A stretch of 63,966 nucleotides of DNA, counting the filler, from Reticulomyxa filosa (Eukaryota; Protista; Foraminifera): NCBI GenBank assembly GCA_000512085.1. It is 25 parts of 25 records of this genome, joined end to end, with 100 filler letters (N's around TTAATTAATTAA, not from the genome) between each part and the next. Parts side by side here need not be neighbours in the genome. Positions count along the whole stretch, not along the records: positions 1 to 2,165 come from ASPP01039559.1; positions 2,266 to 6,026 come from ASPP01013286.1; positions 6,127 to 9,782 come from ASPP01014310.1; positions 9,883 to 10,882 come from ASPP01012188.1; positions 10,983 to 14,376 come from ASPP01014684.1; 20 more parts are not named here. One strand, given 5' to 3'. Made by a program: the position numbers and the translations under genes. Within the stretch, counting starts at the first letter, position 1. The number at the start of each line of letters is the position of its first letter. A model generated the notes under the pieces. The model made no database searches. It was not told where the DNA came from and saw nothing but the letters and a program-made list of their open reading frames with translations. Below, piece by piece: positions 1 through 12,590 of the stretch.

Positions 1-754
1 TTTTTTTTTGTTTAAAAAAATAGGTTTTGCCAAGCAACTCATAGTAACACATGAGATAACAACATCATGCACCGGCTCACAATTAGACCCCGATGGTGAC
101 AACTGGTGGGTAGACCGGTACAACAGATTATCATTTCAAAGTTTGACGAATTTTCAACAACTTGGATTCACAAAGTTAATGAACGTATTCATTTTATGCT
201 CTCAAAAAAAAGGGGTAGCAAAAAAACAAAACGTACAATGAAAAAAAAAAATTCCCTTTTTTTTTTCCATTGCTCATAGGTACTGGTGCATACAAGACCC
301 AGGATTCAGTTGGGCATTTTTCGAACAACGAATCTTTCATGATAAGTCATTGATTTGGGAACACATTCGAGATGCGTTGGATGGCGAGTTGCTGATGTAT
401 AACTCAAGCAACAAGACGTTTACCAGCTTTTATGGCATTGCTTTGACTGATGGACAGCCACAAAGTTTCGCTCGGGCCCTAATACCAATCAAAATACTTG
501 TTTGGCTGGTTATTGTAGTGTCAAAAATAAATTGACTTCTGGTGGGTTCCTGTGGAAAGAGATATTACTTCAATGATTTGTTTTACTGGTTGTTGAAACC
601 TGCAACAACGTGTATCAATGAAACCAAGTTATTATCTTGAAGAACCGGAGACCTTCGCAATGTATTATGTGTCAAACTAAGTTTTGTTTTTTGTGCAACT
701 AATACAATTTTTTTATTTACCAAAAATAAGTTCAATATACGTTTTGACTTGCAA

Positions 755-2165
755 CAGACCACCGACCAAGCATCCAAGGAAACATCCAACAAAACCACCA
801 ACCAAAAGACAAAGCATCCAACCCACAAAAAGCCCAACCAAAGCACCAACAAGATCAAACTTCGAGCACAACTTCGTCTCCAACAGTAATCGCAATCAAA
901 ATGGCATCATTTAGGATTGTGCAGAGTCATTGGCAACATTCAATCGAACTTGTTCGCCAGCAAATGCTCCAGCGATGCACCAACTTATCCACAACAGGCT
1001 CTCCAACATACTCGACAACCTTCCAACTGACGCTCCAACGTCTCACCGATATTTTGCCAACGTATTCCACAACAAGCGCTCCAACATACAGCACCACGTA
1101 CTCACTAACCTATTCACCAACGAATGCGCCAACGGAGTCACAGGCCAATGCACCCACGCAATGCCAAGTTTCTCCAACAATTCGCCGACACAAAGTCCAA
1201 CCTTCAAGCATTCACCGACTGACGCCACAACACATTACCGACGGTGCTCCGACATTCAGTCGCCAACGAATGTCCAACGGATGCTCCGACATCCAACCAT
1301 TCTCCAACTTATTTACCAACAAATGCGCCAACGAAGTCACCGACCAATGCACCACGCAGTCGCCAACATATTCGCAACGGGCGCACCAACATTATCTACA
1401 ACTTATCTACCGATAGATGCAACGGAGTCACCAACGTATTTGCAACGAGTATCCCAACTGAGATGCCGACATACCCGCCAACGTATTTTCCAACTTCTCG
1501 ACAACGGACAGCCCAACGTATTCTCCAACGGGCACTCCAACATTCGTCCACATACTCCCAACTGGTGCTCCGACACAATCACCAACAGACGCCCGACTTC
1601 TACCAACGTTTCACCAACGCACAGTCCAACGTATTCTACAACAAATGCCCCAACAAACGCTCCAACGGAGTCACCACTTACTCACCAATATACTCGCCAA
1701 CTGGTGCTCCAACTTATCCAAACGACAGTCCGACTATAGTCCAACAAACGCTCTAACGGAGAGCCCGACGTATAGTCCAACAAACCGACTCCAAACACAA
1801 ACATATTCACCAACGGTGCTCCAATATTCAGTCTCTTATTTGCCAACAAATGCCCCAACAGATGCGCCAACATATTCACCAACAGGAACTCCAACGTATA
1901 GCCCGACATACTCGCCAACTTATTCACCAACGAATGCGCCAACGGAGTCGCTAACTAATTCACATATCCTCCAACGGGTGCACCAACATTCTCCCCAACA
2001 TATTTACCAACTTACCAATGGACCCAACAAGCCTACATTCTCTCCAACATATTCCACACGAGCGCTCCAACATACAGCACCACATATTCACCGACAAATG
2101 CACCAACCGAGTCACCAACCAATCTACGCAGTCACCAACGGGCGCACCAACATTCCCAACATATT
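755..2165 (+). pseudogene. Pro/Thr/Ser-rich mucin-like tandem-repeat coding region (PTYSPT/PTNAPT/PTESPT), heavily frameshifted, 3'-truncated
   Basis: The same peptide repeat appears in pieces in all three + frames, built on a ~12-nt unit such as ccaacgtattca / ccaacaaatgcg. Confidence 0.75.
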
Positions 2166-2265
2166 NNNNNNNNNNNNNNNNNNNNNNNNNNNNNNNNNNN
2201 NNNNNNNNNTTAATTAATTAANNNNNNNNNNNNNNNNNNNNNNNNNNNNNNNNNNNNNNNNNNNN
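2166..2265. other. Artificial contig spacer N44-TTAATTAATTAA-N44, first of 24. The others start at about 6027, 9783, 10883, 14377, 16051, 19503, 22620, 26284, 27826, 30999, 33011, 36137, 37336, 40775, 41886, 43277, 46661, 49202, 52405, 56891, 58501, 60003 and 62664.
   Basis: The same 100-nt block with a six-frame stop linker recurs, and composition and gene content change abruptly across it. Confidence 0.98.
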
Positions 2266-2299
<34 letters not shown>

Positions 2300-2309
<10 letters not shown>

Positions 2310-2912
2310 TATGGTATAACTCAAACCTGTTCGACTTTGCTCAGGGGATATGCTTGCAGACATGTTTGTGGGAATATCTTTTTTTGTCGTTGCTTGTTGC
2401 ATCAATACACTGATTGGAGTGGAATGGGGTGGGATCATGTCGCTATTTGTCATCATCGTCGTCGTCGTCGTCGTCGTGTTATTCTTCTTGCAGACTTGGG
2501 CGTAATGGTGCTGGATGGGATCGAATGTATAGTGCAGAGACTGCTTCAGGTCCCTTGGCTTCTCCTCCTTTTTCTCTGTGCTCTCCTTGTCTTCCAATCC
2601 TGATAACAACGGCGTCGACAGCGAAAATATATGGTCGCCATGGCCATGCAACAATGGGTAGGGATGCTGGCTTGTCGTAGCGGTTGTCGCGTGATGCTCT
2701 CTCATTACTTCTGCTTCTTCTAATGTTGTCGCGCTTTTCTTTATCCGCTCGTTTCCCACTTCATTCACTTTTTCTTCTTTCTCCTCCTGCTTGTCTTCTG
2801 TTGTTTCGTTCGTTGTTACGCTTTTATCTTCCGATTGCTGAAGGCTCGTTGGTGGAATTTCAGTCGTTTGATTTCCTGAAGAGCCCCAATAACCCCATCC
2901 TCCTGTCCACAT
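2300..2912 (-). CDS. Hypothetical low-complexity protein, first exon (partial)
   Basis: ORF MWTGGWGYWGSS... with E/K- and T-rich tracts. It runs into a (TA)n intron at the contig end. Confidence 0.55.
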
Positions 2913-4100
2913 TTTTAATATTACTTGGGTTAGATTATTAAAAAAAAAAAAGAATTATTATTATTATTTTTCTTTTAAATTCCCCCAACTTCTTGCGCTC
3001 AGTCCTAAAATCGAACACTTTGATCTTCCAAACTATTAATAAAAAACACCATTTAAATCAAAGGTGCAAAAAGATATTATAAAAACGGCCATATATCAAC
3101 TTCATAAGACATCTTTCAACAATACCAGATAAAAAAAGTAAAATTTAGGAAATATTACATTATGTGAACGTGAGATACTCCTATCAATACATGCGCGACT
3201 CTGACTCACTTCAAAATTAATTCTTTTTCAAGAGTTTGAAATAATTAAATAGTATTTTCCATCATTAAAAAGATATTTGCACACTAAAGAATATAATAAC
3301 TGCAAAAATATCTGAAAAATATTAAAATCAAGTGCCAATTTTTCTTTTAAATGTTTTAAGTCAGATATTTCTTTGTCTTAGAATTAATATTATTCACCGA
3401 ATTATTTATAATATTAATTGTTTCAAAATCACAATGTCTGCTTACCTTTTAATAATCTATTTATTTAAAAAAACTTTAAAAATTTATAAAATATATCAAA
3501 AATTTACTATTTTATAAATATTGGATATTATTTAAAATCAAGTAATCTATTATAGTGTTTTTTATTTTTTTTCAATTATTTAAGACATATATCAAAATAT
3601 TATTGTTTTTGTGGCGATATGCAATTGTTTTGAAAGCGGATTGTTGAGTTTTTCATAACATTTTTGTGTTATTTTGATGCAATTTTCTCATTATTATTTA
3701 TGTATTTTTTTCACAAATTATCAAATTATCAACAAAATAATATTATTTTTGTTAAGAACTTACATAATGTCGCTTAACATGATGACTAAACTAGTCGTTT
3801 TTTTACCAACCAAAAGATTTGGCCCCTTTGCTTATATTTAAAAAAACTTTTAAAATTTATAAAATACCATTTTGATGCTTCAATACTTTTAAATTTCATA
3901 TGGTAATTGATTTTTCTAAAATTGGTTCTAAGCTATTGTCAATACAGTTGATCAATGCGCGAAGGATGAGGAAAGATTGCTTATTTGCTGATTTTGGTCT
4001 TTTTCATTTAAAAAATTTTGAGCGAACCTTTTTTTTTTGAACTTAATATTTGGTGTTCAGTTATAAAAAAACTCTTTGAATAAGCTTCATAAAAAAAAAA

Positions 4101-6026
4101 ATGAAGCCTTTTTCACTAACTTTTAAAGAAACCCAACTCTTTCAAATGTACAAGCAAATATTACGTCGAATCAACAAAGCAAAAAACTTACAAGATTTAT
4201 CAATATTTTTTGTCCTCTTCAGTTTTGAAGAATTGAAAGAAGTTATTATGAATAAATTGAACGTAGAAATAGAAAAGGGTCAGAAGAGCGAAGACAATAC
4301 AGACTTTTTTGCAGTACAAAGCAAAATTCGTGGCATGTATTTGTGCACAATTCCATTTGATGAAATTTTGCCAATGAGCGTACAATCACATATGTTTTCT
4401 TTTTTGGATCATGATTCTTTTGAAAATTTACCTCTTTTGTCCAGATCATTTCGGTATACATTCTCTTCGAGTCCTATTTTATTCAAAAAGGTAAAAAAAA
4501 TAAAAATAAATAAAAATGCACAAACACTTTTTTTTTGAAAATAAAAAAAAAAAAAAAAATTAAAAAGTACACATTGAAATTCTTTGATTTCGGAGACAGA
4601 ACTCTTGGAAGGCCAAATTCTTTGGATGATTTTTATCGTTGCAATCGAGAAAGAACAAGAAAGAATCTCAAACCAAAAAAATTATGTGTTGAACATAAGT
4701 CAAAACAGGTGATGATTGGAATATTCCCACCAGAGACATGTGATGAAATTATTGATAGCAAAGAAAATGATAATGTGAATGCGGTGGATAGATTGGGTCA
4801 ATTCCCTTGGCATGGTATTCGCAAATGGTATATTGATGGTATCCAATTTCAAATATTGCGCTTTAATTTTTCACAAAGGCCAGTATCACTTTATCGATCC
4901 TTATTTGACTCAAGTTCGGATACAAATTGGAGACTGATTGTGTCGGGTTGGAAAAAGTTTATTGAGAATGAAAAAGATCCGTTTCAGATATGTGATCTAT
5001 CAAACTTCAAAGACTCGATTGGAACAAATCATGGATGTATTTACTATCCTTCATTTTTACAATTTGAACAAACGTCAAAATACACACAACAACGTCAAAT
5101 GAAATTCATTGAGATTAATTCTTACCCTTTTTATATTCCTTCCTGTATTACTGCAAAAAATTTTTGCGACTATATCTCTAATCGCCCACTTCTTTGTACC
5201 AGCCACGATACCTTGATTGATAAGAGAGTGCAAGATTTCCCTCATATCAATCAGAAATCCTTTTTTCAAAACAGTTTTCTTTTTCTTTTTGCAAAACAAT
5301 TACAAAAAAAAAAAAAAATACAACTTTAATGCGATATTAAATAAATAAATAAACAAATAAATACATATATGTACATATATATATATATATATATATATAG
5401 TAGAGGATTGGAAAGGCTCAGAAAAGGATCTATGTGAGTATATACTTTCTTTGAACAAGATTCCTGTTTCAAAAGAATCAGAAAAAAAAATTGAGATCGA
5501 TTCTTCAACTACAGACGATATAATAGAATTCGATAATCAAACTACGAGTGAATTTGCTCACATTGAACGAGTGGAGTATTTCTATGAATCCATTTTATAC
5601 TTACGAGAATGGTTAGAGTCTTTGTATGGCACTTCTGGCAAATTTCAATTTGGTCAACGCAGTTTCACGAAATTTGAGATAGAAATAAACGGAGGAAAAA
5701 TCACACGTGTTATACACAAAGATGAAAATGAGAAACCAAAAAAGGATAATCGTAATAGCGATACCGACTGGATTTTGAGTTCAAGTAATTATAACTATTC
5801 TAATAACAATGACAATTGCGGTTGGTCTTTTGGTTCAAGTAACAATAACAATTGCGATTGGCCTTTTAGTTCAAGTATTTGTTCTGATAATAATGACGAT
5901 AATGACAATATTTCATTTGACATGTATACATGGGATGATGTTCAAATGGGGGATGAATTTGTATATATTTGCCGTGAAGGACAGTCAGCAATGAGTAATG
6001 CAACTCAGTATATTATATCTAATGAA
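4101..6026 (+). CDS. Multi-exon protein with an F-box-like motif (partial)
   Basis: IPFDEILPMSVQSHMFSFLDHDSFENLPLLSRSFR resembles the F-box consensus. GT-AG intron at 4491-4567, and a second (TA)n intron ending at about 5400. Confidence 0.6.
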
Positions 6027-6126
6027 NNNNNNNNNNNNNNNNNNNNNNNNNNNNNNNNNNNNNNNNNNNNTTAATTAATTAANNNNNNNNNNNNNNNNNN
6101 NNNNNNNNNNNNNNNNNNNNNNNNNN

Positions 6127-6164
<38 letters not shown>

Positions 6165-6736
6165 ATTGTTCAATGCTATCAGGAAATCATTTGTTGGAAA
6201 TGACACAAATTCGTTTGCAATGGCAACGACGTTGTATCTGTTTGCTATATTCTTCCACTCCATTAGTTTTGATGTGCTATACGTCCATACACATCAAAGT
6301 GCAGCGCGCAATTCCGACGCAACATTGCACTCGTCGTCAAATTCCATTGGTGCAAAAGGTGACATATTGTCGTCCCTCCTGCTTTACGCACATGCTGAAA
6401 CCATATGTAACGCCAGTGCTTCGTCACCTTTTTTTGTTCCTCGAGTGCTCTACTATCTTGCACGTTCGCACCTTCGTTATCATTTTTTATGTGCCCTTTT
6501 TTTTCTTCTAGCGTCGCATTTGTGATCACTGACGACACATTGTACCAAGGCATGCTATTGCTACTGTTCTTCATCAGATCAACCCCAAAGACTGGGCTTG
6601 ATGTGTTTTCCACCCCAAACACGACAGAAACAGCCAATGTTCCCAAAATAATTGCCACAAACAACCAAATCAATTGATATTGCCAAAGAAGTGAGACACA
6701 TTTATATTTGTATTTGCTTGCTGCCACAGCGCCCAT
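6127..6736 (-). CDS. Golgi type II membrane sulfotransferase (partial, one frameshift)
   Basis: N-terminal signal anchor LIWLFVAIILGTLAVSVVFGV and PAPS-binding motif YIWFQHVRKAGGTTI. One extra A at 6267-6270 joins the ORF to MEWKNIANRYNVVAIANEF. Confidence 0.75.
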
Positions 6737-7037
6737 TTGCTATGTTTTTTTAAAATTGCTGCTTTCTTACGTTAGCCCTTTGTGCTAAAGTTTTTGGTAA
6801 AACCCAAAAGTTTGTTCACTTGGAATCATGTTTAAAGTGAAGCTTAAACATAGCAGAAGCAAAGTTTCTTTAATAATTTAAATACACAGACAAATTGCAG
6901 CAAATATGGTAAAATCAAGTTGGTTAATTTGATAAAAGTAATAAAAGTCGAGTTACACGGATTCGTGAAAGAACACTTTTTAGTATTTGGCAGAAAAAAA
7001 AAATGAGACAAATGAAAAAAATGCAAGAAAAAAATCG

Positions 7038-7436
7038 TTATTTTCCCTCATTAATCACTTGTGTAAGTTTTTCAATTATTTTTTTTTCATAAACGGGTTT
7101 ATAATTTGCTTGATAAAAATTTTCAAATATTGCGTTGAACATTTCTTCCTCAGACGGCAAATATGAGTGTGGGATTGATAATTCGATTGGCGAGAACGCA
7201 GTGTCTTGTCTGTTGTTTGTGGATGTGCGTCGGCTTGATTGATCCGAAGCGGCGTGTGGTTTTTCTTTGTGGTGATGCGGGGGGTCGCTCGTCGCTTGAG
7301 AACCTTGTGTGAACAAAAAATATGCTACACTAAAAATCCAAAACACAAACACCACAGCCATAAGCCGTCCAATATTTCGACTTGACTTCATGACATCCAG
7401 AAGACCTCGGTTTTGTTGTTGTTTGTAAGAATTCAT
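7038..7436 (-). CDS. Small type II membrane protein (single TM plus stem region)
   Basis: 132-aa ORF with a basic N-terminus, TM segment LMAVVFVFWIFSVAYFLF and a P/S/H-rich stem. Confidence 0.55.
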   Translation of the reverse strand: MNSYKQQQNRGLLDVMKSSRNIGRLMAVVFVFWIFSVAYFLFTQGSQATSDPPHHHKEKPHAASDQSSRRTSTNNRQDTAFSPIELSIPHSYLPSEEEMFNAIFENFYQANYKPVYEKKIIEKLTQVINEGK

Positions 7437-8144
7437 TGTATATTGATTATCTTGACCAATGCCAAGAAAATTTCGTATTTAAAAAAAATGAACTTCGAAA
7501 GTTGAATCCAACAACGAAACTTATAAAAAGTTGGTAGCAAGATGTTTCCTAAACATAAACTTTTAAAAATGTAGCAAACTTTTTGATAGTCGATATTTTC
7601 ATTATCAACTTCATGTGATTGTACGAAAACGAATTTATTAAATCGCCATATCTTGTTTGTTGATTTTGTGATTGTGAAGCAGTTTTTCTTCATTTTGTCC
7701 GTGCTATGACTCTTGAATACTTTAAATTTTCAACAATTTCTTTAAAAAATCTTAATATAAAATGCACTTATGTTTTTGAACAAAACAGCTGCGAATAGTA
7801 CTTTGTTTGATTTTTTACATATGTGATTCTTACCCTTACTTTTAAGAGTAGAGAGGAAGTTTTAAATGTTGATTTCGTTCGTACATTTTTGAAAGTTGCA
7901 ACAGCTTTAAAAAAAGGCAAGATTAAAAATGGCGAGTTTTTTTATCAGTTGCCTTGAAGTAGTGTTGAGAAAATAAAACAAAAAAAAGTTAAGATTAGGT
8001 GATTGGATAAGTTTCATTGTAGATTCGCGTGATATTGTTAATTGTTTGTTTGTAACTGTATTCAAAAAAGAGTAGAAGAGAGAACGTACAAAGCTCCAGA
8101 GCCTTCGTCATGTCGATGTTTTTTTAATATTTTTTTACATTCAA

Positions 8145-8780
8145 CTAGTGATTTTGGTGGGTTTGTGTGAAAATGTGTTGGCGGGGACGATAGAGTTGGA
8201 CCTTGTGAGCATGGAGATGTGAGTGTTCCTTCCATATCATATTGTCCCCCTTTTGGTCATTCCTTGAGCTTTCTTTTGAATGTTTGTGTTGTCTGCCTTT
8301 ATCCTTTTCTTTTTCTTTTCTTTCTTCTTTTTCTTCCTCTTCTTCTTCTTCTTCTTCTTCTTCTTTATCTCCTTCGATTGTATGTTCTTCTTCACTTTCA
8401 TTATACCGGTCCTCAGGATCATCCGGGTTCTTATGATTGGCAACATAAGCACCTATGCCACCACTATCCAATATTCGAAAAACATTTGCGTCGTTTTCGT
8501 TGTGAATCAGAGTGGTAATGCACTATTTTAAAACAAAAGCCATACACACGCTATATGCACAAGTGAACATCATAGCAATAGATCGATCACAGATAGTAAT
8601 GGATAGCATATGACAATAAGGCAAGCATACATGAGCAGCGGTGACATCTTCAGTCATATCAGGAGGGGATGGCCGTGCTCCAATGGACACTAAAGTTTCA
8701 TATTGATATATCCCGAGGCATGAAGTGGGATGTGTCCGCGAGTACTATGTATCCTCCAAAAAAAAATAATTATATATACA

Positions 8781-8813
<33 letters not shown>

Positions 8814-9180
8814 GTTTATATAACAACAAATATAAATCAAGTTGGACCAATATGAGAATTGGAATTTATCATACGTGTATGTGTGTATGTGTGTAGAGAC
8901 ATAATGAACCAAACTACTTTGCCAGGTCGAAGTAGAGACACCATCATTGTAGGGTGGGCTTCACCAATTGCACGTTCTCCCTCGGGACTGATCGTGGCTC
9001 CCAGCTTCTTGTCTTCCACTATCATTTCAATTCGAGCAATTCATTTTTATATTTTATCAGTTGTTTTTCTTTTTTTTTTTTTTAAAAAAAAAAAAGGGTG
9101 ACTTTTAAGGAATTCAATTGTCATACAAAACAAACCAATAATAAAATGACGTACGCTCCATTCCCCAACGGTTCGAGCCA
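8145..9180 (-). CDS. Multi-exon hypothetical protein with acidic/basic C-terminal tail
   Basis: Spliceable exons YSRTHPTSCLGIYQYETLVSIG...AAH | CITTLIHNENDANVFRILDSGG... with a gtatgc...aaaatag intron and a poly-Glu tract. Upstream exons are uncertain. Confidence 0.5.
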
Positions 9181-9882
9181 TTTTTATCACATTTTGTTCG
9201 AACAAAAATTTTTTGTTTCCATTTTTTTTTTTTTTTTTGGTTCTACATATGGTGTCCCCTTGCCTCTTTTTCTCTCTTATGCGCATTCACTTTTTTTTTT
9301 TTTTTTGCAATCAAAAAGTCAAAACAAAATTGGCCTACTCATCGCAGGGGTTCGCTCTGGAATGTACACCAGCCCAGCACAATTGTGAATGTCATCGTGG
9401 AACTCTTCAAAGTGTTCGTCATATTTATATTCCTGGTTCCAATGTACCTATCATCAATCTCTTCACTTTTGGTTTGACGGTTTTTTTGATTGTTTTTTTT
9501 TGTTTTTTGTTTTTTTTTTGGTTTGTTAGATTGGTTGATTTTGTTTGTTTGATTGATCGATTGATTGTTTAGTTGCATTATTACTGCTTTGCATTACAAA
9601 ATGAACGATAAAAAAAAGTCCACGAAAATTACGGAATTTTCTTTCCCTCTTTTTTTTTCTTATTTTGTTCAGACGCGTACATTGTCTTGCCATCTTCGAT
9701 CATCGTTATAAAAAACTTTTCTGCGGTAGTCTTTCCTATTGTGAGATAGGGTTGGGTTTGTTTGTTTTGCTTTTTTTTTTTTNNNNNNNNNNNNNNNNNN
9801 NNNNNNNNNNNNNNNNNNNNNNNNNNTTAATTAATTAANNNNNNNNNNNNNNNNNNNNNNNNNNNNNNNNNNNNNNNNNNNN

Positions 9883-10324
9883 ACCGGCAAAGGCATTGGC
9901 AAACACCTCGGGCTGGTTCAGCACATGCAAGTTCAGGTACACGCACACCTGGCGCAGGTGGTACTGCGCGCGCGAAGTGCCCATGCCACCACCGGCGCCC
10001 ATGATGGCCGCCGGCTTGCCGGCCAGCAGCACATTGCCCGGCTCGCGCGAGGCCCAGTCCAGCGCATTCTTCAGCGCCGGGGCGATCGAGTAGTTGTATT
10101 CCGGGCAGGCAAACAGCAGCGCGTCGGCACTGGCCGCTGGCCCAGCAAGCGCTGTACCGCGGCCGGCTTTTCGGTGATGTCGGCGTTGTAAAACGGCACG
10201 CGGACAAGTCGGCAATGGTCAGCTGCATGCCTTCCGGCAGGTTGGCCGCGGCGTAGCGCAGCATGCCCATATTGGCGGATTGACGGCGCAGGCTGCCACA
10301 GATGGCAACAACATTCAGGCTCAT
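9883..10324 (-). CDS. Bacterial NADPH-dependent FMN reductase (ChrR/YieF-like), partial, two single-base frameshifts
   Basis: Motifs GSLRRQSAN, PEYNYSIAPALKNALDWASR, GKPAAIMGA and GTSRAQYHLRQ. GGAG Shine-Dalgarno upstream and high GC. Confidence 0.92.
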
Positions 10325-10389
10325 GGTTTACTCCCGGCGGGTAGACAGCTTCCGGTATATGCCATTGGCTGCCGGCGCGCCACCCGCTT

Positions 10390-10860
10390 TCAGACGGCAA
10401 TCGCCACCATGTCCAGCTCTACCGCCGCGTTCTTCGGCAACTGGTACACGCCTACCGAGGTGCGAACGTGCACGCCAGCCTCGCCCAGCAGCTGGTACAG
10501 CAGCGCGGACGCGCCATTGGCCACCTCGCTCTGGCGGGTGAAGTCTGCCGCGCTCTGCACATACACATTCAGGCGCAGGATGCGCGCCACCCGGTCCAGC
10601 GAGCCCAGATGCTGGTATAGCAGCACCAACGCCCGCAGGCAGGCGATACGGGCGGCGCGCTGGGCAGCAGCCTCGCTGCAAGCTTCGCCAACGCGGCCAC
10701 ACACCACCACCTCGCTGCCCACACGCGGAATCTGGCCGCTGATGTGCAGCTCCTGCCCGTGCTGCAGCAGCGGCACGTACTGGCCACCAATCTGCAGCGC
10801 CTCGTTCGGGTCCAGCCCTTCGGCGGCGCAGGCCGCCGCCAGCTGTTGATCGCGTGTCAT
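10390..10860 (-). CDS. Bacterial RidA/YjgF/YER057c family protein
   Basis: Motifs LHISGQIP, VANGASALLYQLLGEAGVHVRTSVGVYQLPKNAAVELD. AGGA RBS upstream. Confidence 0.93.
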   Translation of the reverse strand: MTRDQQLAAACAAEGLDPNEALQIGGQYVPLLQHGQELHISGQIPRVGSEVVVCGRVGEACSEAAAQRAARIACLRALVLLYQHLGSLDRVARILRLNVYVQSAADFTRQSEVANGASALLYQLLGEAGVHVRTSVGVYQLPKNAAVELDMVAIAV

Positions 10861-10982
10861 CGCGTGTCCTTTCTCATTGGGANNNNNNNNNNNNNNNNNN
10901 NNNNNNNNNNNNNNNNNNNNNNNNNNTTAATTAATTAANNNNNNNNNNNNNNNNNNNNNNNNNNNNNNNNNNNNNNNNNNNN

Positions 10983-11031
<49 letters not shown>

Positions 11032-11762
11032 TTGTCATTTGTATTAGTCATCATTTCATGAATCTCAACAAAATCCTCTGCCCTATGAATACCACTTGCA
11101 TTTTCCTTTTCTTTTTGATACTCTGCTTCTTGTCGCATCTGCAACATAAGCTTGGTTCGCAACTCGTCTCGCTCCATCGACATGCGCTGTATCTCCTCCA
11201 TCAAATCGCTCTGCAGATTATTCAGATCGCGCAATCTTTCTCCCATCGTGCTGTGCGCTTCTTCCATCTTTGGGATCTTCATGATCGTCGCTTCTTTCAG
11301 CTCGCTCAAATTCTTCAAATTCATCTCAATCACGCTCTGCTTCTTGTCCAAACGCTCCTTCTCCATATTCTTCTTTCGCATCTCCTCCTGCAACTTCAAC
11401 TCCCGCTCTTGCTGCTCTTGCATTTGACACTCCAGCTCTGTCGTCTGCTTGAACAGAAATTGCCGGTTCTCGTCCAAGTTTTGAATGCGGAATGTCAGCT
11501 CTTGTCTCTCCGCTATCGCCTGCTTTTGCTCGTTTGTCATCTCTCGCATTTGACGCACCACGTCCACTTGACGCGATTCTGTCACCTTCATCTCCTGTCG
11601 CAATGTCTCGCTCACTTCCATTGCATTCTTTCCCGACTTTCGCAGACGAGACCATGTCGTCGTTGTTGCTGCTGTTACTGATGTTGCTGTTGCTGCTGTC
11701 TGTCCGCCAGGTACATGCGAAACACTTGTCCCTGTCAACGTTTTCAGCCACTCGGTTGCCAT
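10983..11762 (-). CDS. Coiled-coil protein (partial)
   Basis: Long E/Q/K/M-rich heptad ORF ending in poly-Asn at the contig end. Confidence 0.75.
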
Positions 11763-12427
11763 GTTTTTGATTTTTTACTTTGCTTGATTTTTCCCCCCCA
11801 AGTTTATGTGACTTTATTTCTTTCAATTTTTTTTTTTTTTTTTCTTTTTTCCCCCCCAGCTTCTCGCGTACACTCTGGGCTATTAGTTCAACTTCCAAAA
11901 ACAAAACCCCTAAATTTCTCACCAACAACTACTTTTTTTTTTTTTCCATATATCAATCTTTTTTTGTTCCAACGTGGTAGTATTCATATTAACGCATCTG
12001 AATCAAAATAAATACCTACTAACAAAAATTATAATGTCGTCTTTTTGTTTCGTTTCCAAGTTTGCAAAAGTATTTCATCATAGTCCCGATTTTTTGGCAC
12101 AGGCTTTTCTTTTTTAGTATTTCTGTTGCTACTATTTTTTGTTAGGTATACACTGGTAATGAATGTTGTCAAGCCTTTTTTATTATCGATCTGATAAAAG
12201 TTATCAGCTCATTTTTATTTATTTCACTCTAATTGAAATTGATTTTTTCATATATGTCATATCATTTTTATAACAGAATGTTTTAGCTTAATATACTCAT
12301 TTAATCCATTTGCTTTCCAATAAATTATCTATTTGTTTGTGAAACATCTAGAATTAATCAATGTCAAGTTTTATTATCAATTTCATGGGTATTGAAATAT
12401 TTGATAATTTTTGTTCGTTTGAAATAA

Positions 12428-12590
12428 AGAAGAATTTTAAAAAATTGATACATAAATGCTACATTATAGAGACAATCGATTTTCTCAATGAAAAAACAAC
12501 ATTTAATCAATTTTTTAAAATAATATCCACAATTGCATAATTTTCAAATATCGCTTAATTTTTTATTCAATCTTTTGAAATTTTTCAGCC
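12428..12590 (+). mobile_element. Decayed terminal region of the Tc1/mariner-like family
   Basis: ttatagagacaatcgattttctcaatgaaaaaacaacattt...taatatccacaa aligns by eye with 30884-30998 and with the reverse complement of 27930-28093. Confidence 0.6.

Noticed and set aside
3458-3868. A ~35-bp direct repeat (tatttaaaaaaactttaaaaatttataaaata)
   Set aside because: Almost pure A/T with only two copies, so no function can be argued.
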